From the NCBI RefSeq assembly GCF_009914755.1, contig NC_060936.1: 64,000 nt of DNA; one strand, given 5' to 3'. Shown here piece by piece: positions 1 through 13,350 of the stretch; positions within the stretch are counted from its first letter, which is position 1, and each line of letters starts with the position of its first letter. A model generated the notes under the pieces. That model saw only the letters and a program-made list of their open reading frames with translations. It was not told the DNA's origin and did not search any database. Source of the stretch: the human T2T-CHM13v2.0 reference genome, Homo sapiens. The position numbers and the translations under genes were made by a program.

Positions 1-39
1 TGCACTCCAACCTGGGCAACAGAATAAGACCCTGTCTCT
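1..39 (+). mobile_element. Alu 3' end (cut by window edge)
   Basis: tgcactccaacctgggcaacagaataagaccctgtctc. Confidence 0.85.
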
Positions 40-1174
40 TGGGGGAAAAACAAGCTTTTCTAATGAACTCATTAGCATTAGTATTCTGGTAATATTCTTA
101 AAGATCTGATTAAAAGACAGTATATAGATTTTAATAATTATAATATGAAGAATCTTGTTAAGACCAGAAGGTACACATTTCTTAAACCTCCAAAATCAAT
201 CTTCTTTCCCTAGGTTTTAAACCCATCATGTGTTATGTAAAACAAAACAAAAAAAAAACCTTAATCATATTTGAATAATAGTTAGGAAAATAAAATGGTG
301 AGTACTTGGTTGACTTTTTGATGTGTAGGAAATATACTTGCACCCTGAAGAGTTGAAGCAATCTATCCTGTTATGCAAATGTGAAGGTTATGGGTAACTT
401 ATCTTGCCATGACAGAGTATTTTTTTAAGTTGTCAAAACTATTGTGGCCTTGACTATCCACAGACATTTAATGCATCTGCAGATTAGCAGGTTAATAGTT
501 CTCAATCTGCCATCCCTATTCAAACACAAAATCTAGGTCTTGTCTAAGAGTTATTAAATTGGCATTTTGTCTTGTCTTGTGAATTAGCTCATATTCACAC
601 ATTGAAATCTCAGATCATATCTGTAGTTGGCAAGGAAAACAGTAACACTGAGCCGTGCTGTTAAAAGGTAGATGACCTGTTAAAATAAGGAATAAACAAA
701 GAGATAAAAAAAAAAAGAGAGAAAGTTTCTGCTCTTTTTGAAATCCATGTTCTCTTAATATGATTCAGCCTTGTTTTGTGGCTGGTGAAGTGTTTCGCAT
801 TTGTAAATTTGGGCTCAATAACTGTTTAGCTCAGAAAAGCCAACTGTATGTCATTAATTGTTGGACTGTTTACAGTAGTCTCATTTCTAACTGGAAAAGG
901 CCCCTGGAAAATGTTTTCAGAATCCAAAAAGACAAATTGTTAATGTAGAGCATTTAAAATAAAACATCATTTTTCAATATATCAGTTGTTTTAAAGTATT
1001 TTCTATGCTGGCATTTGCAATGTATATCACTGTTGATGATAGGGTATCTTAATCCTCCTCTTATATATTGGAAATTTCTAGTGGCTTTCATTGTATCTAT
1101 CTATATATATGTTTAATAAGGGTTGGCAGGTATTGCAATTTACATACATTTTACATAGAACTGATCAACTATGT

Positions 1175-1474
1175 TTTGTTTTGTTTCTTGAGATGGAGTC
1201 TCGCTCTGTCCCTCCTACTGGAGTGCAGTGGCGTGATCTCGGCTCACTGCCACCTCTGCCTCCTGGATTCAAGCAATTCTCCTGCCTCAGCCTCCCAAGA
1301 AGCAGGACCACAGGTGTTCACCACCATGCCTGGCTAATTTTTTGTACTTTTTTTAGTAGAGACAGGGTTTTGCCATGTTGGCCAGGCTGGTCTTGAACTC
1401 CTGACCTCAGGTGATTTGCCCCGCTCAGCCTCCCAAAGTGCTGGGATTACAGGAGTGAGCCACCACGCCTGGCC
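1175..1474 (-). mobile_element. AluS element
   Basis: Full dimer. TSD agaact(g/a)atcaa(c/t)tatg at 1157 and 1475. Confidence 0.95.
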
Positions 1475-1639
1475 AGAACTAATCAATTATGTTTTTGTTG
1501 CATCTTTGCCTGTCTCTCCCACTGGGCTATAAGCTCCTTGAGACCGGGAATTGTGGCTTTGTCTTATATACTTCTGCCTAACACAATCCCCTTGTTGTTT
1601 GCATGCATTTGTTTTTCTGTAAACATTCATTGGATACTT

Positions 1640-1835
1640 GCTAGGTGTGAGGCAAGCTGCCAAGGTTTCTATTTGAGTTACCTCATACCCTCAGAACAAC
1701 CTAATAGCTTAGGCATATTATTGCCCTCAGTTTTTTAGGTGAGGAAGTGAAGGCATAGAGAACATAAACTTTGACAGGTGAGTGGCAGCCTCAGGCTTCA
1801 AACCCAGGCAGCCTGATTTCAGAGACTTTGCTTTT
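1640..1835 (-). mobile_element. MIR
   Basis: gtgaggaagtgaaggcatagaga...ttcaaacccaggcagcctgatttcagag core. Confidence 0.7.
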
Positions 1836-2835
1836 ACTTTCAGGACTAGTGCTTTACTAGTGAGAGAACGGAGGCGAGGATGGTCCTAAAAGGACGCTGA
1901 GGTAGATAATAGTGTTCATTTTCTTAAATCCTGAAGCCAGACCTTTGAAAGTGGTTGATTGTTCAGCCCGTCTTCATACCCCCAACCATTCTCTTATATG
2001 GCCTGTAATTTACTTGAAATACCTCTATGTCCACATTTTGTATACAGTTATACTCCCTAGATGCCTAGAATAAGATCTGAAGTGCTCCAATCAGAAATCC
2101 GTACTTTGAAGGTGGTTAGTTAAAATTGGAAGGATCTCAGTAAGGAAGTATAGTATTTTCTACACTCTAGTAGCAAGTATTTTAAATACTACTATACAAA
2201 TATGCCCTCCAAGGGTTGATGATGCAACATAAGGATACTAGAAAGTGCTTTACTATTGGTGAAATAAGCTGTGTTTATGATACATGGTTACATGGAAAGA
2301 TTTGTATAGAAAACTCCTTTCCTTGTATGAATAAGAAATGGGGATCCAGGTAGCCCTGTAGCCGAACACCTTTTATAGAGTGCCTAGGTCTAGAACTCTA
2401 ATCGATCATGCCCCCCACTTTATGGAGGATTTTGTTGGCCAATCCACCTAGCTGATCCTGCTAATAGAATACATGTTGTGTTTGCTCAGGAGAGCTACTT
2501 TCATGCAAAGTGCTTGTCAGAACACCCAGAAAGTCAGGGAGCCATGATTTCACCAAGTTTACAAGAACTGGTTTTAGGGCTATGTTTTGTATACATGTCA
2601 AAATCTGGTCTGAAATTTGCTAATAGGAAAGTTGTGGAAACGCGGGGACATAAAATTCCCACCGTCTTTTGATTATCTGAAGCTACCAACAGTGGTAAAT
2701 TGTAAATGGCCAAGGTGGCTTAGGGAATTTCACAAAACCTAACTTTCTTCTTTTATTGAGATATAAACCTTGGCATTATTTCCAGCATTTATATCTCTTT
2801 AGTAAATAATAATTAACTATTCAAAAAATTATCCA

Positions 2836-3237
<402 letters not shown>

Positions 3238-3728
3238 TCATACCTGGTCTATTATAGGGACATTTTTATGAATGTTTTCTGGAAGTATGAACAGATGATA
3301 TAAGACTTATCCAGAGGGCTTACAAAAAAGTGTTGACACTCTATGTCCCATCAAATTATTCTACAACAAACCAGGGATAGACAGCTGCAAATTTGAGCAT
3401 TGAATGACAGAATTTCCAGGGACACCAGAAAACTCCCATGGCTTCCTTCTCCTTTCTAAAAAATGCGAATTTAGTGGTGAATAACAAAAGGAGGATTTAC
3501 AAAGCTAGAGTTTTGATCCTAGTTGGGGAAATCAACTTCCAAAGGATGTTAGCAGAAACATCCAATAGTTCTTCTAAATGCATCTCTGCAAATTATTACC
3601 ATTAAATCTATGTTAACTGAGGAAAAAAATTCTACCACTCAAGGATTCACATAATAAAGAAGATGAAACTAGAATATTCTGCTTTTCTGCCATGACTATT
3701 ATATCTACCATTTGGCACAAATATTTCT

Positions 3729-3951
3729 TTTTTTAGTTTTCTTTTATTTTTAATTGACACACAATAAATGTACGTATTATAAGAAACAGCATTTCAGTAC
3801 ATGTACATGTTGTGTAATTATCAAATCAGGGTAATTAGCACATCCATAATCTCATACATTTATTGTTTCTTTGTAGTGAGAACATTCAAAATTCTTTCTT
3901 CTAGCTATTTTGAAATATACAATACATTGCTGTTAACTATAGTCACCCTAC
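3729..3951 (-). mobile_element. L1MA-type 3'-end fragment
   Basis: Typical L1MA 3'UTR sequence. 16-bp TSD tggcacaaatatttct at 3713 and 3952. Confidence 0.85.
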
Positions 3952-5103
3952 TGGCACAAATATTTCTGTAAGGCTGTTTATAGTTTTTTATTTAGGTACA
4001 TATTCCACAGATGTGGATTTTAATTGAAAAATCAGAACTGCTTATGGCTAGTGGAAAAAATACTACAAATTTTCAGGGCAACAAATCTCCAATCAGAAAT
4101 TCCACAGTGATCTAATTATTGGAGAGTTTTTTGAGAAAGTCTTTCAAATGTGGTCTTTTTTGTGGGAAAGGATTTAGGGGATTTATCAGGTTAAAGCTAT
4201 TTGGGTTCACACCTATGAACTCATGGCTAGAAAAGACTGAGACTCCTTTTTTATTCCTTTTTTCTAAATTAAAGTGTAACGCATTTGGGTCAGAATGTCA
4301 CTGATACTGTCCTTCCTTAAACATGTATAGACTGGGAGATCCCATATCATCCTTTTATACCTGTGGAACATGCACCTTACATCTCTGTTTTTAAGCTTTA
4401 CTTTACTTCATTTAGTGGAAATGTTTAAGCTGTGTTGCCATAAATTTGGACTTACTCTCTGGCTTAAATTAGGTTGCATTGGGAAAAGTTTGCAAAGTAT
4501 TTGAAGAACTATAGTACTTAGTATTTACTAAGTAAACTTAAACATTGTTTGATTGTGATAAGCTATTTGATCCATCATACATGTATCAAATGCCTGCTAA
4601 GTACCAGGCACTCTGCCACACAAGGAGAACTTTAATGCATCCCTGTCCTTAAGGAGAACATCCTTGTTCATCACCAGGAGAAAAGCTACAGCCTGAAGTA
4701 AACTCATCCTACCAAGAGAAGTGGAATGACTACGTTTGAGCCAAAGAAATGTCAAACACAAGGGTTACTACATGCCACTGTACTGGTATTGCTTTATAAT
4801 TTTGTTTCTCTCTTCCTGCCTGGCTAAGAGGAGAAAGAAGACGAACATTGTAGAAGTAAGTAATTGAAAGCAAAATCTTTAATGACTTTCTCCAACTCAC
4901 TAGTAGGCTCCAGGTTAGAACACTTTTCCAGAAGCGATGAAGCTTACAGAAATGAAAATGTTAACATACCTTCAAAAACACGCCACAACTGGTACTAGCC
5001 ACAGTTGGTTTACAAGGAAATAAAAGCTAGAAAACAGGATTCCTAGCCCTGTGTTTCAGTGGTGGTGTAATTTTTGCATGAGAAAAAGTAACTCTTTATA
5101 CCC

Positions 5104-5318
5104 GAGCTTTCCAATATGGTAGCCACTAGCCACATATGGCCATCTAAATTTAAATTTAAATTACTTAACATTAAATCAAATTAGATATTCAGTTCCTCCA
5201 TCACACCATCCTCATTTCAGTGGATGGCACTCCAGAGCACACAGGGTTCCTGGCTACTGTACTGGGGACACAGATCACAGCACATTTCCATGATCACAGA
5301 GAGCTTGGTTGGACAATG
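5104..5318. mobile_element. MER3-like hAT-Charlie DNA transposon
   Basis: tccaatatggtagccactagccacat...ttggaca termini. Confidence 0.75.
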
Positions 5319-6329
5319 GCTGCTTCACATCGGTCACTTCCAGATGTCTTAATTTGAAGAACAAGGTTCAAGGTGGCTTAGACCTCCTTATTGCTCCTCT
5401 GTGTGTATGAGTGTTCTAACTGAGTGGCTAGAGCTAATGCTTGTCTTCATGGTAGAGTCCAGGTGTTATCTATGGAAAGGTAAGCAGGTAGAGCATCTCT
5501 GGAAGCACCAACACTATCATTATTTCCCTTTTGCCATAGCTATTGAGGAGAAGAAAGTCTTAGTTCACAATGATGTGAGTAGTTACCTTTTCTCCAAATC
5601 CTCTGCTAGAAGAAACCCTAGATCCTAAGTCCACTCCTTCTGTGTCAACCTGGCTCACAGATCCAGCTCAGTGGTCACTACTAAAGGCACTACCCTCACT
5701 GCTGCTCCCAGCACTGCCCACCACCTATTTCTAAGGCTCTAGGTATTGACCAAACCATTGGTAATTCCTCTTTGGTTTCAGAGATATGGAAATTATTCAA
5801 TTACAGAACCACTGAAAGAGTGAATATTAAAGATATCTATCAATTTGGGTGACTAGGATGTATTCTGAAAAACATTTGTGGTATCCGTTGTTCTCACCAA
5901 AATTCATCAATCATTTTAATTATCTGATGACTCTGTCTGGCACATTAGCCATACTATGTCTTGATCTATTTTGGAAACAAACATATGAACATCTTGTAGC
6001 AAGAGTGTAAGTATTCAAGTACTGATCCCTAGTACAATAGATAAAGTGTATAAGTACCTTTGTGTCCATTGAGATCAGGCTTTTCAACCATATGTGTCAA
6101 GATTAGGTCTGGTTTTATTACCAAATAACTTTCCCCAAAAAACTTGGTTTTCAGAGCTTATTGGATTTTGGAATTGCAGAGGTGGGAGTGCAGACCATTA
6201 GCTCCCTCTTATTTCTCTTTCAGTGTCTTCTCCTCTGAGAACTTTCTGTGACCACTTTCTCTGACCACCTACACTAGGACTACATTTAAAGAGCCTCCAA
6301 AGGCAACTTGCAATTTTCTACCATATGTT

Positions 6330-6485
6330 ATCACAGTGCAAGTTCCTTAAAGGCAGGGATCTGTCCCTTTTTGTTTCCTGCTATGCCCCTATGTCGCCAT
6401 ACCAACTCAGTGCTGGCAAACAGTAGGCACTCAATAAATACTTATAGAATGGATGAGGGAGTGAGTGGATGTTGGATGAATGACT
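6330..6485 (+). mobile_element. L2 3' end
   Basis: ggcagggatctgtc...agtaggcactcaataaata. Confidence 0.7.
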
Positions 6486-6564
6486 CCTGTCATAGCCTCC
6501 TAGCAGTGGCCTCTTTCCTCCAGTATCTTTCTATTTTAAATTATCCGTGGCAAGGAATCCCCTG

Positions 6565-7350
6565 TGTTTACTGACATCTGTTTTCTCCTGTTCATGGACA
6601 CACAGCTAGCCTACATTTCCCAGTCCTTGCTGAAGTTAAGGAGGTCATGTGACTGACTTCTTGCCAATGAACTGCAGGCAGAAAACATGCATGTCCTTTC
6701 ATGCCTGCCCCGTAAACCCTCTACATGCTCTCCTCTTTCATCCCCTAGCTAAAGACAGAGGCTCCAGGAAAGAACTCTGAGGCTGTAGAAGATGGCAGAG
6801 CTACAGATGGAAAGATGCCCTGCAGGACTGTGTGTTTGTTTGCTACGGCTGCCATAACAGAGCTCCACAAACTGGGTGGCTTCAACAACAAAAATCCATT
6901 GCCTCAGTTCTAAAGACTAGAAATCTGAGGTCAAGATGTTTGTAAAGTGGGTTCCTTCTGAGGGCTGAGAGGGAAGGATCTGTTCTAGGCCTCTCTCCTG
7001 ACTTGTAGATGGCCATCTTCATGTTCACATGATGTATTCCCTGTAGGTGTGCCTGTGTCCAATTTCATAGGAAAACCAATCCTATTGGACTAGGGCTCAA
7101 TCTACTCCTGTATGGCCTCATCTTAACTAATTACATCTATAACAGCTCTATTTCCAAATAACGTCATGGCCTGAGGAACTGGAGCTTAGGACTTCAACAT
7201 ATGAATTTTTTCAACCAGTAACAGGCCACATAGAAGACCACTTGCCAAAGAAAGACACGTGCATTACATTTTGCATAAGATGGTTTATGTTAAGCCACTG
7301 AGATTCTAGGGGTTTCTGTCACGGCAGCTAGTGTTTCTTACCAACACTAA
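6565..7350. mobile_element. Old ERVL/MaLR LTR (LTR16/MLT1J-like) interrupted by an MLT1C-like LTR (about 6830-7222, minus)
   Basis: ctacatttcccag...catgtgact and gttaagccactgagatt flank gctgccataaca...ggacttcaacatatgaa. Confidence 0.7.
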
Positions 7351-7554
7351 GACACCATCTCGTCACACTAACCTTGGCTTTGAGAGTAATAAAAATAATA
7401 ATACACTTATATATTATGCTTTTTGGAAATGCAAAAAAAAAAAAAAAATTAGGCTTCAAATCGTTCCTCAGCCTTCAGACTTATAATTCTGTCTAGACTT
7501 GCAGCATCTGATTGCTCCAGTGGATGGGCTGTTGTCTGGAGAGAGTCGCTCTCA

Positions 7555-7790
7555 GTGTGTGGTAGCCAGAGAACAGGCCTTGAAGTTGGGGGACCTGGGC
7601 TTCAGTTCTATCTCTGCCCCTAGAAATGCAGCATGACCTTAAGGCAAATCATGTTTTCCACTGAGCCCTTGTTTAGTCATTGGAAAAAAGAAAACAATCC
7701 TTCCCTCTTGGTGTTGTTGGGAAGATTAATCAAATTAAATTAATCTTCCAATTAGCACAGAGTCTGGCACGGAGTAAGTGCTTAATATGT
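7555..7790 (+). mobile_element. MIR
   Basis: gacctgggcttcagttctatctctgcc...tctggcacggagtaagtgctta. Confidence 0.6.
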
Positions 7791-8073
7791 TTTCTTTTTA
7801 AAACAAGAAGAGGCAGATTTTTTATCTGGGAACTGTGATCTCACCCTTCTACATTGGTGTTCAGTGTCTGAGGGACATAGGACTTGGCAGCCTTAGTAAG
7901 ACAAACCTAGGGGCTGATATTTGGAGTGATGGCCTGAAGAAAAGGAATTATGAGTGTTCTATATGAGTCTGAGGGCCATACAAGGAGTTTAACTCAATAA
8001 AGCTGTCCATCACTCAGTACTATCCAATGATGGGCAACATTTTAAGGCAAGGAGTTTTCTGTCCAGCTGGCTA

Positions 8074-8690
8074 GACCATGGCTCAAAGAGTGGTCCTGCT
8101 AGGCCTGGTTTCTGGGTGCCAAGAATGGCATGGGTTGACACACAGAGAGGCAGTTTCCTAAAGTTTGGGCTGTGGGTTGGTTTTGGTGGGGTGATTTTGA
8201 TATGATTCAGATGAGTAATTGGAGTAGATTTACAGCACAGCCATTCTATGATTAGGACAGCAAGGTGCATTCGCATAGAGTTAGACATAAAACAGGTGCA
8301 TTCTTATCGAGTATGAGGAAACAAAATGTTTGCTTGAAAATGTGTGTGCTCTGGGGAGAAACTGGAGGGGTGAGCCATGGCAGCATGAATGGCCATGATG
8401 GAGAGTAGGGAAGAAACCACCAAAGGAGAAGAGTGGGGGTAGTGTGGGCACTCAAGAGCACAATTCCCTGCCACACTTTTCATAGAACTGGTCCCACTCC
8501 CCACTCAGAAAGGGCAGAATATTTGTCAAAACATATTTTCACTGTCGTGAGCCTTAGGTTCTCCAGTAATCACCCCATCAAAACCAACCCACAGCCCAAA
8601 CTTTAGGGAATTGCCTCCCTATGTGTCAACCCATGCCATTCTCAGCACCAGAAACCAGGGCCTGGTAGGGCCGCCCTTCCAGCCATGGTC
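8074..8690. repeat. Inverted repeat, 123-bp arms (8074-8196 / 8568-8690), 371-bp spacer
   Basis: Manual alignment: about 14 mismatches + 2 single-base gaps (about 87% identity). Confidence 0.92.
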
Positions 8691-9679
8691 CACACTGCAG
8701 GGCTTCAGACTCCCTCCGAGGCAGCATGGTTCTGAGAAACTAGAGGGCAAGCTGTTGATTCCAGACTTTAAGGACACAGAGTGGGAACTGCTGACTCCAA
8801 CATTTACTAAGAGCTTGAGTGGGGATCCTTTGGAAAACCTCATAGTCAGTTAAACTCATCATGCCTCACTTTATTTTTACCCTAATGACTGGCTAGATAT
8901 AAGCCTCTCTAACGTCTGTGCTCATCCCCAAGCTGCTCTGTGCTTCCTCTCTCCTATACAGCCTCCCGCTGCTGCTCCTTGTTCCCTCATCAATTTTTCC
9001 TCTGAACCATATGGAAACTCTCTCCACCATGGCAAATGCATTCCCTACCTCCAGCTCCATGGCCTGATCGAACTCTGGCTCTCCCTACAATACACCCAGC
9101 ACTTCTCTTGCAGTTTTTCTTTCTCACACACATATAAACAGCATGTACCCCCGAGGAGGTGGGTTGGGGACCAAGTATCCCCCCTACCCCCCACCAGCAC
9201 CATTTCAGGATTATCACTTCTCTCCCATAGTATAAGAAATCCTGCTTCTGGGAAGGCTTGTGCCATCTGGCTCTACTTTCAACCACATGCTTAATTGCTC
9301 CATAAATGGTAGAAAGGACTAATTTTAGCATTTCTGTCATTTAGCAAGTCACAAATTCTGCAGCATGAATTAATCCCATTTAATCTAGATTGGTATCCTT
9401 GCTCTGTCCCTGACTAGCTATTTGACCTTTGGAAAAGTTATTTAACCTTTCTGAGCTTTAATATCTTAGAAAATGGGAGTAAAAATGCTTACTGAAGGAG
9501 ATGACTGTGTGAGTAGAATGGCACAATGTACATGAAATCATCTTAAAAAGCATAAAATGTGAATTGAATTTGAATAGAAACATCTTTTAGGGTGTAAATA
9601 TAACTCACCCTGAGGTAATCAGGAGTTAGTTATTGCTATTTTAGATAGTTAGCACTGTTTGGTAAAACGATTCTGTAGG

Positions 9680-10080
9680 ATATGGTAATGCTGGATACAT
9701 GTCGTTATATATTTGTTAAAATCCACAGAATGTGCAAGACAAAGAGGGAACCCTAGTGTGAACTATGGATTTAGTTAGTTAATAATAATGTAGCAATATC
9801 GAATCATCATTTGTGACAAATGTACCACACTAATGCAGAATGTTAATAATGGTAGAAGCTGGGGGAAGAGGAAGGGAGTATTTGAGGACTCTGGACTTTC
9901 CACTTGCTTTTTCTGTGAACCTAAAACTGCTCAAAAAAACTGTTAATTTTTCAAAAGCTATTTATACAAAGCAGGTTTGTTCATGAGTTGATAATTGTTG
10001 AAGCTGATGATAGGGACATGGGGATTCATTATACTTCTTCTCTCTAAGTCTTCCATGATAAAAAAATTTTTAAAAATATA
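9680..10080 (+). mobile_element. L1MC/ME 3'-end fragments
   Basis: ggatacatgtcgttatatatttg...gaaccctagtgtgaactatgga...aaatgtaccacactaatgcag. Confidence 0.75.
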
Positions 10081-10239
10081 TTTGCTTCAACTGAGTCTCT
10101 GACTTAATCAACCAGAGAAAGATATCTGACATCTCCAAATAACAGGTGTTTAATTCGTCTAGTATTTATTGGCAGCCTGTTAGTCATCAAACTCAGTGTT
10201 CAACCAAGTGTAGGGGGGAGGTTCTAGAACACTTTAAGA

Positions 10240-10463
10240 CAAGCTTATGCAACCTGCAGCAGGCCACAAGTAGCCCAGGATGGCTTTGAATGCAGCCCAA
10301 TACAAATTCATAAACTTTCTTAAAACATCCTGAGCTTTTGTGTGATTTTTTTTTTTTTAAAGCTCATCAGCTATCATTAGTGTAAGTGTATTTTATGTGT
10401 AGCCCAAGACAATTCTTCTTGTTCCACTGTGGTCCAGGGAAGCCACAAGATTGGATGCCCCTG
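10240..10463. mobile_element. MER30 (hAT-Charlie)
   Basis: Characteristic body. Perfect 8-bp TSD ctttaaga at 10232 and 10464. Confidence 0.9.
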
Positions 10464-11759
10464 CTTTAAGATATGTTGAATTCCTCTCGCAAAAGTTTAA
10501 ATCTTGTTGCAGAGGCAAGAGAGCTACTTGTGAAGTAAGTGAGCAACACCAGAAAACAACCTAGTAGAGAACTTAAGTCCATGGCACAGAAAATGGAAGT
10601 TCTAGCAGAAGCCTCAGTAAAACGGAATAAAAATTCGATCAATAAACCTGAAAGTTTCTCAATTATCAGAATGTTAGGAGTTCTGTCAGCAAAAATATAG
10701 GGATTTTTGACTGACTTTGAGGCATAGATTGTCATATTCTGTTCAGCCTGGATATTTTTTTAACTCCAAAATAAAAGAATGATGCTAAAACCATGCAGCA
10801 AGAGCTCATTCTTGAACGGAAAGGAAAAGATGAAGCAATGTAAAAGCATGCTTTAAGAGCTGAGTTGTGCCTAGAGTTGGGCTGGATGCTGTCTTTTGGG
10901 CAGAGAACAGTGCCAAGCATTGAGTTGTCAATGAAATGATCATTTAGGTGGTTACTGGTCTTAAGAATATTAGTGTGGGCTCTGTAGAGAGTTCAAATAA
11001 GGAGAACAGTTTTGTTTCTGACTAGTTTAAAATAACAACATGTTTCTGTGCATATATGTTTGATAGATACATTTTGGAATTTCTGAAAAATTATCGAGAC
11101 CTTAGAGAGTACTTATCGTAAACTTTGCCTTATTAGAGAATTAAATGATGGATCTGCATGAGATTTTAATGTTAATTCTCACAGAATTTGTATGCTGTGA
11201 TTTATCAAAATGTAGGAATAAAAAATTGTATATTTAGATTTTCATAGAGAAGTGTTGAAATTACTACTCCTTGGGAACCAGGAACATTTGGGACTCTTTG
11301 TGAAGGGCTATTTGTTATCCTAAAATTAGATCTCAAAATCAAATTTCCTGAAACATAAAGTCAAGGGGGTTGTGAATTTCAAATTTTGGCAGCTTGTGAA
11401 GCACACAGGTATTTTGTGATGACTTTTAATTTAGATCTTGCAAAAGGAGAGTAGGGATTTAAATCTAATTAATTTTTTATCTCTCTCTCTCTCTTTTAAC
11501 TTGTGGAGTCTTTTAAATGGTAAATAAAGTTTTCAGAAGAGGAAGAAGAAGATCTCTGCTCCAAGATTGCTTTCCTCAACTTCTCAGGGGAACTTTTAAA
11601 TCATTCCCTGTGTTTCTAACTGCTGCCAATTCCTAGAAATTCCCAGGTTTTAGAAATAAATCCAAGAAACCAATCTGGAGAGGAGAAAGAAAGGTGTCTG
11701 TGCTGAGTGCACTTGAAACATAATAGCATAATAGCAGTCATTTAGAGAATGCAAGTGTG

Positions 11760-11950
11760 GAGGTTGATGCTTTACCTGTCCTGATTCATATGACCCTGCA
11801 ACCACTCTGCCAAGGGGCCACCTCTATTTTCAGAGGAAAAAACTGGCATTCAGTTTGGAATATGCCTAAGGGCACACAGCTAGTATGTGGCTAAGGAGTT
11901 GAATCTGGATCTGTCTGATCCTAAAGCCCCAACTTCACAACATGATGCTT
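11760..11950 (-). mobile_element. MIR
   Basis: cagaggaaaaaactgg...cacacagctagt...tctgtctgatcctaaagcc. Confidence 0.55.
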
Positions 11951-12090
11951 TCACAGTTTTTTAGTTTGACCTTCACACTCAGTGTCCACAATATAAGCAG
12001 AGGAGAATAGGTGAGGTTCTTGTTCCATTCCCTAAATAGAGACTCTCTGAAAAAAGCAAAGAAGTGAGCCCCTCATGGCATAATTTAAGG

Positions 12091-12420
12091 CAAGGGTCCC
12101 CAACCCCCTGGCCGAGGACCAGTACTGGTCAGTGGCCTGTTAGGAAGTGGGCCGCACAGCAGAAGGTGAATGGCGGCAAGCAAGCATTACCACCTGAGCT
12201 CCGCCTCCTGTCAAATCCGTGGTGGCATTATATTCTCATGGGAGCAGGAACCCTATTGTGAACTGCACATGTGGTGGTCTGGTTGCATGCTACTTATGAG
12301 AATCTAATGCCTGATGATCTGAGGTGGAACAGTTTTATCTTGAAACCATCCCCATCCATCCATGGAAAAATTGTCTTCAATGAAACTGGTCCGTGGTGCC
12401 AAAAAGTTTGGGGAGCACTG
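12091..12420 (+). mobile_element. MER1B (hAT-Charlie)
   Basis: caagggtccccaacccc...tttggggagcactg termini. TSD atttaagg / atttaagc. Confidence 0.9.
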
Positions 12421-13199
12421 ATTTAAGCAATACCCTCTTCTGGTCTAAAATATTCGCGTTTCCCTCAATCTATGAAATGGCTATGCACATACACAGTACT
12501 GGACATTCTGCCATTACATATTCAATTGTTTGAGTTAAATATTGCTTTTTCTTGGTTTCTCTTTTTAAAAGGCAAATACACCCAAGAAAGGAGTGACCTA
12601 CTAAATTAAGACCATAGTCTTTATAATCACATACTCTTTCCCTTCTCAGAAGAAGTTGGGGTATTCTAAGATACTAAAAAAGGAATTATATACTGGATGG
12701 ATTCACAGCCTGGGGTTGTGAATTGCTAAGGGTACAGGGATAAGGCAGCTAGGAAATTCGTAACTAAGAAGAAAGTGATTAGTAAGCTAGTTTCGATATT
12801 AAAACAGAAATTATATGTTCACTGGCAAAAGGCTTCACACTTTTAACAAAAGCCCTTAGTTATTGTCTAGCTTTACATTGAAATAACAGTGTAATGAAAT
12901 ATTTTCCTGGAATCCCAGGGGGTGAACACTGGGGACCCAGCTCAAGCAGGAAAGCTCAGAAAGGAAGGGGCTGCACATGTGGTGGGCACATACTGCTCAG
13001 ACACCATGCTGGGGGCTTCATAGATCTCATTGAATTCCATTATCACAATGGCCCCAAAAGAGAGGTTATTAGACCCTCTACGCAGATATTATTAACAGTA
13101 GCCATCGACATCTCTGATTTTAAAAAGATGCAAAAGCCAATTCTATGTACATATCATTTTATAGACAAAAATAAAACCGATGCTAGTTTGGGCGTCACT

Positions 13200-13350
13200 G
13201 GCATATGGAAAAGTACTGAATTTAAAGCAGAAAACCTGTTTTCAAGCCCTGTGCTTGCCAGTAACGAGTTGTGCAACTCTAAGCCAGGCTTAATTTAAGC
13301 CTCAGTTTCCTCATCTATAAAAAAGGGATATTCATAATGTATCTTACCTA
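13200..13350 (+). mobile_element. MIR
   Basis: gcctcagtttcctcatctataaaa core. Confidence 0.7.

Noticed and set aside
4515-4534. 9-bp perfect inverted repeat tacttagta-tt-tactaagta
   Set aside because: Short and AT-rich; expected by chance in 64 kb.
10466-10920. Protein-like ORFs next to MER30 (possible pseudogene)
   Set aside because: No recognisable homology, poly(A) tail or TSD; a tBLASTn search would be needed to revive it.
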